Of a DNA stretch of 64,000 bases, positions 16,520-26,521 are shown piece by piece. A program made the translations under genes and the position numbers. The notes beneath the pieces were generated by a model. That model did no database searches and was not told the DNA's origin. It worked only from the letters and a program-made list of their open reading frames with translations. This DNA comes from a virus (Duplodnaviria > Caudoviricetes): positions 1,441 to 65,440 of the IMG/VR virus record IMGVR_UViG_3300042301_001596. One strand, given 5' to 3'. Position 1 is the stretch's first letter. Every line of letters begins with the position of its first letter.

Positions 16520-18570
16520 GAATATTATTTTTAGCTCCGCATCTTAGCACAGGAGGTTGCCCCCAATTCATTCTTGGAAGGCTTGGTAGCATGAAGAATC
16601 ACACTGACAACGAATACTATGTAGTAGAATATCAATGCCATGGATTAGATTATGTGGTACAAAGAAACGATATAAAGAACCTAATTGGTAGTAATTTTAC
16701 TACCCTTTATGAAAATAAAATGATTCTATTTGATGTGATAGATTACTTCCAGCCTGATATAATCCATATAGATGAAATGTCTGAAAGATTGGATAGAGAG
16801 ATGGTAAGGAGGCTTTACAATCCAGATAGAAAGTATCGTATCGTAGAAACCTGCCATGACATCTCGTTTGATCCGAATAGCAAGTTATTTCACCCAGACT
16901 TATATTCATTCTGCACTCCGTATCATGAAGAAACTTTTGCTGATTTGGAATCCAAGTATGTTACAATACTTTATCCAATAGAGGAAATTAATCTTAGTAA
17001 ATTCAAGACTATCTGGCAAGATGAATTAGGCTTTGATAGAAACAAAAAGCATGTGCTGAATGTTGGCTTATGGACTCCGGGGAAGAATCAAGCTGAAGGA
17101 ATAGAAATAGCCCGTAAATATCCTGATATGATGTTTCACTTTGTAGGCAATCAGGCTGGGAACTTTAAGCACTACTGGGAACCATTGATGCAGAACTTAC
17201 CACCAAATGTAAAGGTATGGGGAGAGCGAACAGATATTGATCACTTCATGATAGCATCAGATGTATTTATGTTTAATAGCACATGGGAATGTAACCCAAT
17301 TGTACTTCGTGAAGCCATAAGTTATGGGCTACCTATTGTTGCGCGGAATCTTCCGCAGTATGCCGGAATGTATGATAACTACACATACTCAATAGATGCT
17401 GATTTAGAATTGATAGCTAAGTACAATAATATTACATACGATATACCAAAAGACAATACTACAGGTGATTTTGCAAGAGCGCATCAAGTAGCTTATGAAA
17501 AGATATTAGAACTCCCAGCACAAGTACAAAAGGTCCGCATCTTACAAAACTTCATTAATCACCCTTTCCTTGAAATAAAAGGAGAAAGCGATAGTGAATT
17601 TGATGTTAGATTTTATGATGAGAATGATGTATGCCAATACCAAAGTGTAATCAAGAGTAATAGCTGGGTAAGGCTCAATAGACAATACTATACTAAATGG
17701 AAAACGTATGTATATCAGGACGGAGAATTAATCTATGAAAACGTATTGGATTTGCATAGTAAAAGGGTATTCATATCAATAGAAAGTAGCGCGCTTGGAG
17801 ATACTATTGCATGGGTTCCGTATGCTTTAGAGTTCCAAAAGAAGCATGGTTGCAAGGTTGTGTTGTCCACTTTTCATAATAAAATACTGGACTACCCTGA
17901 ACTTGAATTAGTAGAACCCGGCAGCTCTGTTAATTGTTATGCCATGTATAAGATTGGTTGGCACTATGATACCAATAGAGAACCAGAACTGCCAAACACA
18001 ATACCACTACAAAAGGCAGCGTGTAATATTTTGGGCTTAAAATACACTGAAATTCGCCCCAAATTATTTACCAAGAGAGATTGCCCAGAGCATGATAAAT
18101 ACATCACTATTGCCACTAATTCTACCACAGGATGCAAGTTTTGGGTAAGGGAAGAATGGCAGAAGCTAATTAACCATTATACCGAACAAGGCTATAAAGT
18201 ATACAATGTTTCCAAAGAAGTAAATCCATTTGATAATTGCCCACAGATACCAGATACATCAATGGAATCAACAATGGATTGGATATACCATAGCACATTC
18301 TTCGTAGGACTCAGCAGTGGTTTATCGTGGCTCGCGTGGAGTTTAGGTAAGCAAGTTGTACTAATAAGCAACTTTACTGAATTTGACCATGAGTTCCTTA
18401 CCAACTGCATACGAATCACAAATGAAAAAGTATGTCATGGATGCTGGAACAAACCAGAAATAAAATTTGATAAAGGCAATTGGAATTGGTGTCCTTACAA
18501 TAAGAACTTTGAGTGCCAGACTTCAATCACCGCAGAGATGGTAATAAATAGAATTAGTCGTTACTTATAA
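16516..18570 (+). CDS. GT4 glycosyltransferase fused to an Aah/TibC (BAHT)-like protein O-glycosyltransferase
   Basis: N-term HLSTGGxPQ, KNQ, SxWExNPIVLREA (GT4); C-term SALGDTIAW, GLSSGLSWLAW, CHGCWN...WCP...FEC four-Cys iron-finger pattern. Confidence 0.85.
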   Translation: MRILFLAPHLSTGGCPQFILGRLGSMKNHTDNEYYVVEYQCHGLDYVVQRNDIKNLIGSNFTTLYENKMILFDVIDYFQPDIIHIDEMSERLDREMVRRLYNPDRKYRIVETCHDISFDPNSKLFHPDLYSFCTPYHEETFADLESKYVTILYPIEEINLSKFKTIWQDELGFDRNKKHVLNVGLWTPGKNQAEGIEIARKYPDMMFHFVGNQAGNFKHYWEPLMQNLPPNVKVWGERTDIDHFMIASDVFMFNSTWECNPIVLREAISYGLPIVARNLPQYAGMYDNYTYSIDADLELIAKYNNITYDIPKDNTTGDFARAHQVAYEKILELPAQVQKVRILQNFINHPFLEIKGESDSEFDVRFYDENDVCQYQSVIKSNSWVRLNRQYYTKWKTYVYQDGELIYENVLDLHSKRVFISIESSALGDTIAWVPYALEFQKKHGCKVVLSTFHNKILDYPELELVEPGSSVNCYAMYKIGWHYDTNREPELPNTIPLQKAACNILGLKYTEIRPKLFTKRDCPEHDKYITIATNSTTGCKFWVREEWQKLINHYTEQGYKVYNVSKEVNPFDNCPQIPDTSMESTMDWIYHSTFFVGLSSGLSWLAWSLGKQVVLISNFTEFDHEFLTNCIRITNEKVCHGCWNKPEIKFDKGNWNWCPYNKNFECQTSITAEMVINRISRYL

Positions 18571-18576
18571 TAAAAA

Positions 18577-18597
18577 AAGCAGGTTCGCAGCCTGCTT
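18577..18597. terminator. hairpin terminator between convergent genes
   Basis: AAGCAGG-7nt-CCTGCTT stem preceded by an A-run. Confidence 0.7.
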
Positions 18598-18627
18598 AAT
18601 TTATTATTAAACCACTAACCTTTAAAA

Positions 18628-18969
18628 CTATTTGTCAAATTGATTGCTTAAATCAACAATTGTTTTTGATACTACCACCCACTTCATTTCTTTGAAGAGT
18701 TCTTTTAACTTGGTAAAATCAGCATCTTCTAATTCTAATGTGGCTTTTCTTTCAAGAAATTCATCTTTAAAATCCTCTGGATTAATTTCAAATAGGTCTT
18801 TGTGCTTTTCAACTTCACCTAATAAACGAAGTCTTTTAATCATCTCATCAACATTTAATCCTCCTTGAGTTGGATTATTAATTGATGATTTCAATAAACT
18901 GTAAGTGGTAAAAAAGATTTTTTTGCCATCAATGTTTTCCTTAGATACTGATAATTCAATTGATTTCAT
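18628..18969 (-). CDS. hypothetical protein, possible tail fibre assembly chaperone
   Basis: 113 aa, helical, downstream of fibre genes; own TAGCTTTG element at 18987-18994. Confidence 0.5.
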   Translation of the reverse strand: MKSIELSVSKENIDGKKIFFTTYSLLKSSINNPTQGGLNVDEMIKRLRLLGEVEKHKDLFEINPEDFKDEFLERKATLELEDADFTKLKELFKEMKWVVVSKTIVDLSNQFDK

Positions 18970-19022
18970 AATGTATTTATTTTTAGCAAAGCTAATTAAA
19001 TTAATTTAATTAAAAAAAATAA

Positions 19023-19433
19023 TTATGGGGCTTCTGTTGTAGAAGTTGTTGTATCAGGGGCTTCTGTTGTAGTAGTTGTAGTAGGAGCCTCTGTAGTGGT
19101 AGTCGTAGTGGTACTTGGCACAGGAGGAATATACTCGCCTGTAATTGTCAATTTAAGTTGTGTTGCTGCCCAATTATATATCCAATTATTTGCATCTGAT
19201 GAAGTGTCCCAATCTAGGTAATCTTGTCCTGATATATTCAATGAACCATTTACCAAAGTATTAAACATAGGGTAAGGAGCTGGAGTAATTGGGCTTGTAA
19301 TAACCTCATTTAATTGATATTGAAAAGTTGCATTTGTAGATAAGTTATCAAAAGAAGATGTTAATACAAATACTGTTGCTTCTTTTTCTTCGCCATTTTG
19401 CCAAGACAAAATTGGTTCAATTGTTTTTGCCAT
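19023..19433 (-). CDS. tail-associated protein with C-terminal mucin-like Thr/Pro tail
   Basis: ends PSTTTTTTTEAPTTTTTTEAPDTTTSTTEAP. Confidence 0.7.
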   Translation of the reverse strand: MAKTIEPILSWQNGEEKEATVFVLTSSFDNLSTNATFQYQLNEVITSPITPAPYPMFNTLVNGSLNISGQDYLDWDTSSDANNWIYNWAATQLKLTITGEYIPPVPSTTTTTTTEAPTTTTTTEAPDTTTSTTEAP

Positions 19434-19439
19434 TTTATT

Positions 19440-19622
19440 TTATTTTATTTTATAAATATACTTATTATATCCCATTGATATATTTTGTTTGAAATATACA
19501 AACAATAATATAGCTAGTCCTACTATTAATAGGCTATTATCAACATTAGAAAAGTTTTGAACTGGTTCAATAACTAATTCAAGATTATTTAGGTTAACTG
19601 CTGTGTCTGTACTTGTTTCCAT
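19440..19622 (-). CDS. small single-TM protein
   Basis: LLIVGLAILLFVYF; TATCTTTG element at 19638-19645. Confidence 0.5.
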   Translation of the reverse strand: METSTDTAVNLNNLELVIEPVQNFSNVDNSLLIVGLAILLFVYFKQNISMGYNKYIYKIK

Positions 19623-19660
19623 TTTTATAAATTTTTACAAAGATATAATATAAATTGGGC

Positions 19661-20533
19661 TTACAAACCAAATCTTGCTTTAGTAGCATTATAATTTTGT
19701 AGAACCTCCGCAGCAGTTAATTCTCTGTTATATACATGTAATAATGCAATTTGCTGGTTTGCTCTAAAATCAAAATTCGCTGTACACCAACCTGCTGTAG
19801 AAGCTCTTAAAACAGGAGTATTGGTAGGAGTTGATGTTGCAATAAGATTCCCGTTTCCATATACCCTCATTCTTGATGAAGTTCCGGGGAGCCATGTACC
19901 AACCATATATAACCAAACATTATTGCTAGGGAATGTTCCACCTCTTGCTAAAGGCTGGGTAATAGCAAGTGTAACTGGGTCTACACCAACCCCCACTGAC
20001 ATCCACTGAGATGTACTAGGTGTTGATTTCCCAATAAATAAACTCCAACCATTTTGTTGAAACTGACCAAGATCTTGTCCTCTTTCAAACATAGTATAAC
20101 CAGTACGAGTTTCTTGCACGTTAAACCATCCTCCAAATGAAAAGGCACTATCATCAGCTCCTTTTGCTCCAGCCGAATTTGGGAATGATATAAATCCAGT
20201 ATTACCAGTTAATGCCATAAATTTTGGCCCAGTAGAATTATAAGCTACTGCTCCAGCAAAGGTGGCATTATATCCATTTCCACTTAAATCAAACCATGTA
20301 GTTCCAGTTCCCGGATAAGATTTAGGACTACTAGCATCCACATATATATTTAGGCCACTTGTAATGATAGGGATTGCGCTATAACCATAGAATTCACTAA
20401 TAGCATCAGGACTAGAAAATCCAGCATTAGCACTAAGTTGTCTTAGGCTATAAGTTGAAGGGAACCCCCAAACATCAACCTGTTCATTTCTAATTTGTGA
20501 TATACTCAGTGGTCCACTAACTGGTAAGGGCAT
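19661..20533 (-). CDS. tail protein with LamG/concanavalin A-like domain
   Basis: MPLPVSGPLSISQI phage-tail N-terminus; SYPGTGTTWFDLSGNG...YNRELTAAEVLQNYNA. Confidence 0.85.
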   Translation of the reverse strand: MPLPVSGPLSISQIRNEQVDVWGFPSTYSLRQLSANAGFSSPDAISEFYGYSAIPIITSGLNIYVDASSPKSYPGTGTTWFDLSGNGYNATFAGAVAYNSTGPKFMALTGNTGFISFPNSAGAKGADDSAFSFGGWFNVQETRTGYTMFERGQDLGQFQQNGWSLFIGKSTPSTSQWMSVGVGVDPVTLAITQPLARGGTFPSNNVWLYMVGTWLPGTSSRMRVYGNGNLIATSTPTNTPVLRASTAGWCTANFDFRANQQIALLHVYNRELTAAEVLQNYNATKARFGL

Positions 20534-23500
20534 TGATTATAGATTTAAGTTCTTCAATTTGTTTCTGCTGCTCTTTAAATGCTTCAATGAATAATCCTGC
20601 AAAGTTACCATATTTAACACCATACTCGTCTATATCCTTTGCATACGAAACAGCTTCTGGTAACACTTGATTTACTTCTTGTGCAATAACCCCAAGCTGC
20701 CTTCCTTTTTCTTCTTCACCAATTTTATCATAAAATACACCACGAAGATTTGTCACTTTTTCAAGAGCGTTATCTATAGTGATTATGTTATTTTTCTTAC
20801 GAGCATCAGAGAAAGCAACCACATCGCCAGTTGCAAAAATAGCTCCCTCAACATATAATCTATAAGATGTTGAGTTAGTTGATGTACCTATTGACAATCT
20901 ACCTGTTCCATATAGAGAATAGAATATCCAACCACCAGCATAACCTATATCATGCAAACCTATATCCGTAGACACTCTACCCATTAAATTAAATTGTGTC
21001 CCAACACCATACCCTGCCCAACCATTTCTGCCGCTACCATGTGTTGCTACATTACCATAAGTATTACCTTCTGCATCTGGAGAACGAAGTCCATAACCAT
21101 ATGAATTAAAATATAATCCTCCAGTTCCATTTACATAAAACCAATCACTTGTGCTTACTGAACCACTTACATTTAATGGTCCACTTGACCAACTCCCATA
21201 TAACTGACCACCACCAGATGTTGTACGCACAGCCCAAGATCCACCATTTAAAAGACCAAAATTACCACCAGTTTCTCCATATACATAACCTACAACTGCT
21301 GAATCATAATTAGATCTAAACTGCAGTCCAAAAGTAGATGTACCAGCACCAGTTATAGACCAATAACTAGTACTATCTGCGTAAAAATGGCTTCCATAAG
21401 TTTGGCTGTATAATCCTAGTCTTCCAGTGACTCTATACCAACTATTGTTGTATATACCATTAGCATCATTTATGCTATTATTATTTAAATACATAGTACC
21501 ATACAACCAATTCGTACCTTGACTATAAATACCTGCTGGATGATATGTTGCTTCACCTGTTCCTCCTACGTTTGCGTTGCCACGATAAGCAGCAGACCGA
21601 ACGTTACCACTTGTATCAATAGTAAACGACCATGTATTACTATAACCTACGTTATCAAACCTTACTGTATTTACATTAGTTGTCCAGTTACCTCCAGATC
21701 CTGTTGTTCTAGTTCCCCAACTTCCAACCGAGCCAGCAGTTCCAGCCATGTACATAAAACCAGATGCATGAGCGTCTCCGTTTACACTAAGCCTTACATC
21801 TGCAGTTACACCTAAGCCAAGATTTCCTGCAATTTGCATGTTGCCAGTTGTTGAGTTCAATGCAGCAATCGGAGCAACACCAATTCTACCCCAAGTAAAT
21901 CCTCTACCTGTACTTCCAGCATCCATTTGCATTTTGATGGAATAATCAATAACGGGTCCATATTGGTATAAACTTCCAACACCCATTGATATTTTATATT
22001 CATCGGATGACCAAAATCTAACTCCATTCCCATCACCGGGGGTTACATTATAAAAAGGATTTACATTAGAACCATTAGGGGCGCTACCTGCTGATCCTGT
22101 TATATTAATCCCCCATGTACCACTTGCTCCGCTACCTGTTAAACTTGGAGCGTAACTTGTATAATTACCACTATGCAAAAATTGATACCATGTAGCGTTC
22201 CAACTACTATTAATACCATTTCTTAAAGCTAATCCGGGTAACCCTGAAGCGTTCACTCCACTCCAATTACAAAAAGCTAATTGATATGAAGAATCTCCTG
22301 TACTTGCAGATGTACCATCCCAAGGAGAGTATGTCATTACACCAGCATAGTTACCAGTTGCACCAGTTACACTACCAGCGGTTGCAAAATCATATCTTAC
22401 AGACCTTGGGTTTGTTGTTGGTAAAGCAAATGTGTTAGGGTTTCTACTACCATCAGGAGAAGCTACAAAAGTAGTAGTTGTTGCAGATGTAGCATTACCT
22501 GTAATACTAATACCCCAAGTTCCACTAGCTCCCCCACCTGTTAGTGTTGGAGCGTAAGAGTTAAAGTTAGCTGCGTTAAGAACTTGATTACCATTTTGAG
22601 TAATTGCTCCAATAAAGTTTGCATTACCAGAAGCATCAACTGTACCTACACTACCTCCAGCACCATTACAAAATATTACACCTCCTGTTCCATGATCAAA
22701 GTTAAAGAACAATGCATTTGTTTTTGCACTGATGATACTATTACCAGTAGCTGGATTAGTTCTAAAATCTCCATAAGCTGTTGAACCATCACTGCCTCCA
22801 GTATAAAATCTAAAAGCATTTGCTAATATTGTAGTTCCAGTTGAGGTAAGTGTACTATTAATTGTTAATGGTACATTAAAGTTAGCATTAGCCTCATCTA
22901 TAGTTAATCCTGTTGTCCAAGTAACTGTACCACCAGAAGGAGATGTTCTAAATTCATGTCTACCATTACCTAAATGTTGAATATAAGCCATGGATTTTCT
23001 AGTAGGGTCATCTTGTGACCATGCTCCACTAAAAAGAGCATTAGAAGTAAAGTTTAAACCATTTGAATCAGAACCTAGTCTAGCAGGAGCAATAACTCCT
23101 GTTGTTACGAGCCTCCATTTTTCCCATGTTGAGGTTGAAACAATATTACCACCAGTATTTAAAGTAATAGCTGTTGATGTTGATGCACCACGACCTGTTA
23201 CTGTAGCTAGTGTTTCACTACCTGCTGTACCTGTAATATTAATACCCCAAGTACCTGAAGCATTAGCACCAGTTGTTGATGGAGCGCCTATAGTATTATA
23301 AGAAAGAGTTCTAGGAACAGAACCATTATATGTTGTTCCTGAAGCGTCCCCTGCTCCACCACTATTCATAGTTAAAACATTGGAGAAAGCTTGGGTTGCT
23401 CCTGAGCTTCCAGATGTGCCACTCGTTCCAGAAGTTCCGGAAGTACCAGACGTGCCGGTAGTTCCACTTGTACCACGAGAACCTGAAGTTCCACTTGAAC

Positions 23501-25421
23501 CAGAAGTTCCTGTAGTTCCAGAAGTTCCACTTGTACCTGTTGAACCGCTAGTACCAGATGTCCCACCTGTACCATCGGTTCCACTTGTTCCAGAAGTTCC
23601 GCTTGAACCTGAAACACCACTTGAACCAGTTGTTCCACTTGTACCACTTGTTCCACTTGTACCTCCTGTACCATCAGTTCCACTTGTTCCAGAAGTACCG
23701 CTAGTCGCAGAAGTTCCAGAAGTTCCAGAAGTACCAGAAGTTCCATCTGTACCACTAACTCCACTTACACCGCTTGTTCCAGAAGTACCTGTTGAGCCAC
23801 TAGTACCAGAAGTTCCATTAGTACCCGAAGTACCGCTCGTTCCAGAAGTACCACTTGGTGGATTAAATGTTGTTTGAGCGTATGAGTAGTTACTTGTACC
23901 TTCTGTATAAAAAGTTACATTTACACTTGAACCACCGTCATGCTGAGTATATATTTGACAATAAAGTCTGTCTGTTGCGTTTAATGCTGTTTGACCTAAA
24001 AATAAATCAGTAAAAAATTCTTTAATGACACCGTTAATCATGTTTTCGGTATCAAGGTTGGTAGTTCCTAATAAAGTAGAAACACCACCTGTTGTATATT
24101 TATAAAGCTCAATGTCAACAGCTAAATTTCCGTTACCATTTATAGCAAAGTGTGTTACCCATGCCCAGTTCCCCGAAGGAATACTTGTTAAATTAGGAAC
24201 ACCACTATCTGTCGCATAAGTTGCAAATAAAGTTCTTGTAGAACCCGATACGCTTCTTGTTACAGCTTGTTGACCTGTAATTGTACCATTAGGTGACCAT
24301 TGTTTATATGTCGGACTACCAAAAGCAGTATTCGTATTTAAAGATTGATTTAGATAGTATACAAGTCCCCCTGCAACACCATTCATACCGTTTACCCCTG
24401 AAGTACCTGCTGTTCCGCTAGTCCCTGATGTACCTGTCGTACCTGAAGTACCCGTTATACCACTAGAACCCGAAGTACCAGATGTACCCGTTGTTCCACT
24501 TGTACCGCTTGTACCAGATGTAGCTGAAGTTCCTGATGTTCCCGAAGTTCCACCGGTACCATCCGTACCGCTTGTTCCACTAGAGCCAGACGTAGCTGAA
24601 GTTCCAGAAGTTCCGGTTGTACCAGAAGTACCAGAAGTACCGCTTGTTCCACCTGTACCATCAGTACCAGAAGTGCCACTAGAACCTGAAGTAGCAGAAG
24701 TACCCGAAGTACCTGTTGTACCCGAAGTGCCACTGCTTCCGCTTGTTCCAGAGCTACCACTAGTTCCTGTTGTTCCTGAAGTTCCGCTTGTTGCAGACGT
24801 ACCTGAAGTTCCACTAGTACCACTCGTTCCATCAGTTCCTGATGTAGCAGATGTACCAGACGTACCAGAAGTTCCAGAGCTACCAGACGTACCTGAAGTA
24901 CCACTAGTTCCACCCGTACCATCAGTTCCTGATGTACCAGTCGTTCCCGAAGTTCCTGAAGTAGACGAACTACCTGAAGATCCACTTGTTCCAGCTGTCG
25001 CTGAAGTTCCAGAGCTACCGCTTGTACCAGTTGTACCACTAGTACCCGAAGTGCCTGTAGTACCTGATGTACCAGTAGTGCCGCTTGTACCCGAAGTACC
25101 AGAAGTTCCACTAGTTCCAGAAGTTCCACCAGAACCATCTGTTCCAGACGTACCTGAAGTACCAGTAGTTCCAGAAGTACCAGTAGTACCACTTGTTCCG
25201 GCAGTAGCTGAAGTTCCAGATGTACCAGAAGTTCCAGACGTACCAGAAGTTCCACTACTACCAGTAGTACCTGATGTACCACTAGTGCCACTTGTTCCAC
25301 TGCTTCCAGATGTACCTATAGTTCCTGAAGTATCAGCAGCGACAATACCATCTATTGCAACGAGAATACCATTTTCATCCCTTAATTTTAAATCTCCAGA
25401 AATTAGATTTTGTATTGCCAC
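20517..25421 (-). CDS. long tail fibre with (Gly-Thr-Ser)n repeats and C-terminal S74 intramolecular chaperone
   Basis: 1634 aa; SDARKKNNI...GVIAQEV...LPEAV...VxYG...LFIEAFKE chaperone motif. Confidence 0.88.
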   Translation of the reverse strand: MAIQNLISGDLKLRDENGILVAIDGIVAADTSGTIGTSGSSGTSGTSGTSGTTGSSGTSGTSGTSGTSGTSATAGTSGTTGTSGTTGTSGTSGTDGSGGTSGTSGTSGTSGTSGTTGTSGTTGTSGTSGTTGTSGSSGTSATAGTSGSSGSSSTSGTSGTTGTSGTDGTGGTSGTSGTSGSSGTSGTSGTSATSGTDGTSGTSGTSGTSATSGTSGTTGTSGSSGTSGSSGTSGTTGTSGTSATSGSSGTSGTDGTGGTSGTSGTSGTTGTSGTSATSGSSGTSGTDGTGGTSGTSGTSATSGTSGTSGTTGTSGTSGSSGITGTSGTTGTSGTSGTAGTSGVNGMNGVAGGLVYYLNQSLNTNTAFGSPTYKQWSPNGTITGQQAVTRSVSGSTRTLFATYATDSGVPNLTSIPSGNWAWVTHFAINGNGNLAVDIELYKYTTGGVSTLLGTTNLDTENMINGVIKEFFTDLFLGQTALNATDRLYCQIYTQHDGGSSVNVTFYTEGTSNYSYAQTTFNPPSGTSGTSGTSGTNGTSGTSGSTGTSGTSGVSGVSGTDGTSGTSGTSGTSATSGTSGTSGTDGTGGTSGTSGTSGTTGSSGVSGSSGTSGTSGTDGTGGTSGTSGSTGTSGTSGTTGTSGSSGTSGSRGTSGTTGTSGTSGTSGTSGTSGSSGATQAFSNVLTMNSGGAGDASGTTYNGSVPRTLSYNTIGAPSTTGANASGTWGINITGTAGSETLATVTGRGASTSTAITLNTGGNIVSTSTWEKWRLVTTGVIAPARLGSDSNGLNFTSNALFSGAWSQDDPTRKSMAYIQHLGNGRHEFRTSPSGGTVTWTTGLTIDEANANFNVPLTINSTLTSTGTTILANAFRFYTGGSDGSTAYGDFRTNPATGNSIISAKTNALFFNFDHGTGGVIFCNGAGGSVGTVDASGNANFIGAITQNGNQVLNAANFNSYAPTLTGGGASGTWGISITGNATSATTTTFVASPDGSRNPNTFALPTTNPRSVRYDFATAGSVTGATGNYAGVMTYSPWDGTSASTGDSSYQLAFCNWSGVNASGLPGLALRNGINSSWNATWYQFLHSGNYTSYAPSLTGSGASGTWGINITGSAGSAPNGSNVNPFYNVTPGDGNGVRFWSSDEYKISMGVGSLYQYGPVIDYSIKMQMDAGSTGRGFTWGRIGVAPIAALNSTTGNMQIAGNLGLGVTADVRLSVNGDAHASGFMYMAGTAGSVGSWGTRTTGSGGNWTTNVNTVRFDNVGYSNTWSFTIDTSGNVRSAAYRGNANVGGTGEATYHPAGIYSQGTNWLYGTMYLNNNSINDANGIYNNSWYRVTGRLGLYSQTYGSHFYADSTSYWSITGAGTSTFGLQFRSNYDSAVVGYVYGETGGNFGLLNGGSWAVRTTSGGGQLYGSWSSGPLNVSGSVSTSDWFYVNGTGGLYFNSYGYGLRSPDAEGNTYGNVATHGSGRNGWAGYGVGTQFNLMGRVSTDIGLHDIGYAGGWIFYSLYGTGRLSIGTSTNSTSYRLYVEGAIFATGDVVAFSDARKKNNIITIDNALEKVTNLRGVFYDKIGEEEKGRQLGVIAQEVNQVLPEAVSYAKDIDEYGVKYGNFAGLFIEAFKEQQKQIEELKSIINALTS
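23395..23856 (-). repeat. second Gly-X-Y (GTS) repeat block
   Basis: about 150 residues of SGT triplets; boundaries approximate. Confidence 0.9.
24390..25330 (-). repeat. first Gly-X-Y (GTS) repeat block
   Basis: about 310 residues of SGT/TGT/DGT triplets with synonymous codon variation; boundaries approximate. Confidence 0.9.
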
Positions 25422-25432
25422 CTTGATTATTT

Positions 25433-25957
25433 TTATTGTTGAACGACTACTCTCACAAATTCATTACTGTAAAAAGCAACTGCTACTGTTAATGATCCAG
25501 CTGTTTTATCCCATACAACTTGGTTTCCTGTTGGAGTACCTGAAGTTAATATGGCTCCGATGTTGTTACCTTGTCTAAATGCGTTAACACATCTTTTACC
25601 AATTGCTTCTGGGAAGTATATTGTAAATGAACCTAAAGTTGCATTGTTAGAATATTCAAATACACTAAAGTTACCACCACCGCCGGGGATTACACCACCA
25701 CCACCATTTCCATTTCCTAATATTTCAATTGCTAATTGCAATTTAGCACCACATAGTGCATAAACATAATTAGATGTTCCGGGTATTCCACTTAACTGCT
25801 GGTCAATACCATATTGCAAAGCTTTTCTTTCTAGGTAAAGTTGCTGAGCCTTACGCGGATCAATACTTCCATTGAAGAAAGCATTTTGCTTAGGAATAGA
25901 ATCATTCCATAAGTATTGTGAAATTTCTGCTATAGATACTACTTCTTGTGGTGTCAT
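25433..25957 (-). CDS. putative tail structural protein
   Basis: 174 aa with Gly-rich hinge; directly upstream of the fibre. Confidence 0.6.
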   Translation of the reverse strand: MTPQEVVSIAEISQYLWNDSIPKQNAFFNGSIDPRKAQQLYLERKALQYGIDQQLSGIPGTSNYVYALCGAKLQLAIEILGNGNGGGGVIPGGGGNFSVFEYSNNATLGSFTIYFPEAIGKRCVNAFRQGNNIGAILTSGTPTGNQVVWDKTAGSLTVAVAFYSNEFVRVVVQQ

Positions 25958-25959
25958 GT

Positions 25960-26478
25960 TTAGAAGAATAAAGCTTGGTTAGTAGATATGTATGTTGCTC
26001 TGTTTAATGCAGCTTGTGCTGAATAAATATCAGAAGCAAATGTAATTGCCTGATCTGCACTATCAATTTCAACTCGTAATACTAGTTTCGTTTGGTACCA
26101 GTTGGTGCTTGCAGACAAATTAGAATTTGCAACTTGACTTTCAGTTAAGCCGTAATAAAAAGTTTCATTATATGCTGTAAATGCGAATGATATAGTCTTT
26201 GAAGTGACTATTGTGTTTGTACTGCTCATCCATTGTACAGTAATACTTAATGCAGAATCTTGAGATAACACATCTAAATCAATGCTTGTATCAACTAAAT
26301 CCCAAACCACATAATCTGTAGTTGTTCCAGCCGGTACTAGAAACGTACCATTAGCTTGTAATAAATATACTCTGCGAGAAGTAATGGCTACATCACTTCC
26401 CGTACTTGTATCGGTTAATGTAATAACTGACGGAGTGCCACTAAACTGACTGGCCGTAAAATTAGGTACAAGAGGCAT
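25960..26478 (-). CDS. putative tail/collar protein
   Basis: 172 aa, Ser/Thr-rich beta-type N-terminus; TATATTTG element at 26497-26504. Confidence 0.6.
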   Translation of the reverse strand: MPLVPNFTASQFSGTPSVITLTDTSTGSDVAITSRRVYLLQANGTFLVPAGTTTDYVVWDLVDTSIDLDVLSQDSALSITVQWMSSTNTIVTSKTISFAFTAYNETFYYGLTESQVANSNLSASTNWYQTKLVLRVEIDSADQAITFASDIYSAQAALNRATYISTNQALFF

Positions 26479-26521
26479 TTGCTTTAAATTTTACACCAAA
26501 TATAAGAAAAATATAGCTATA

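Noticed and set aside
7450-18570. GTs as a DNA hypermodification system
   Set aside because: No hydroxymethylase, TET/JBP or nucleotide-modifying genes nearby, and two of the enzymes resemble protein-directed families. Disfavoured but not excluded
23395-25330. CRISPR array or other guide-RNA array
   Set aside because: Repeats are 9-nt-periodic coding degenerate repeats without unique spacers; no Cas-like gene recognised
19661-25421. Diversity-generating retroelement or invertible tail cassette
   Set aside because: No reverse transcriptase, no adenine-variable TR/VR pair and no invertase seen
23372-25578. Long Pro-Glu-Val and Val/Leu/Gln ORFs (24673..25578 +, 23380..23877 +, 24455..25300 -, 23372..23764 -)
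   Set aside because: Antisense or alternate-frame shadows of the GTS repeat, which lacks stops in those frames
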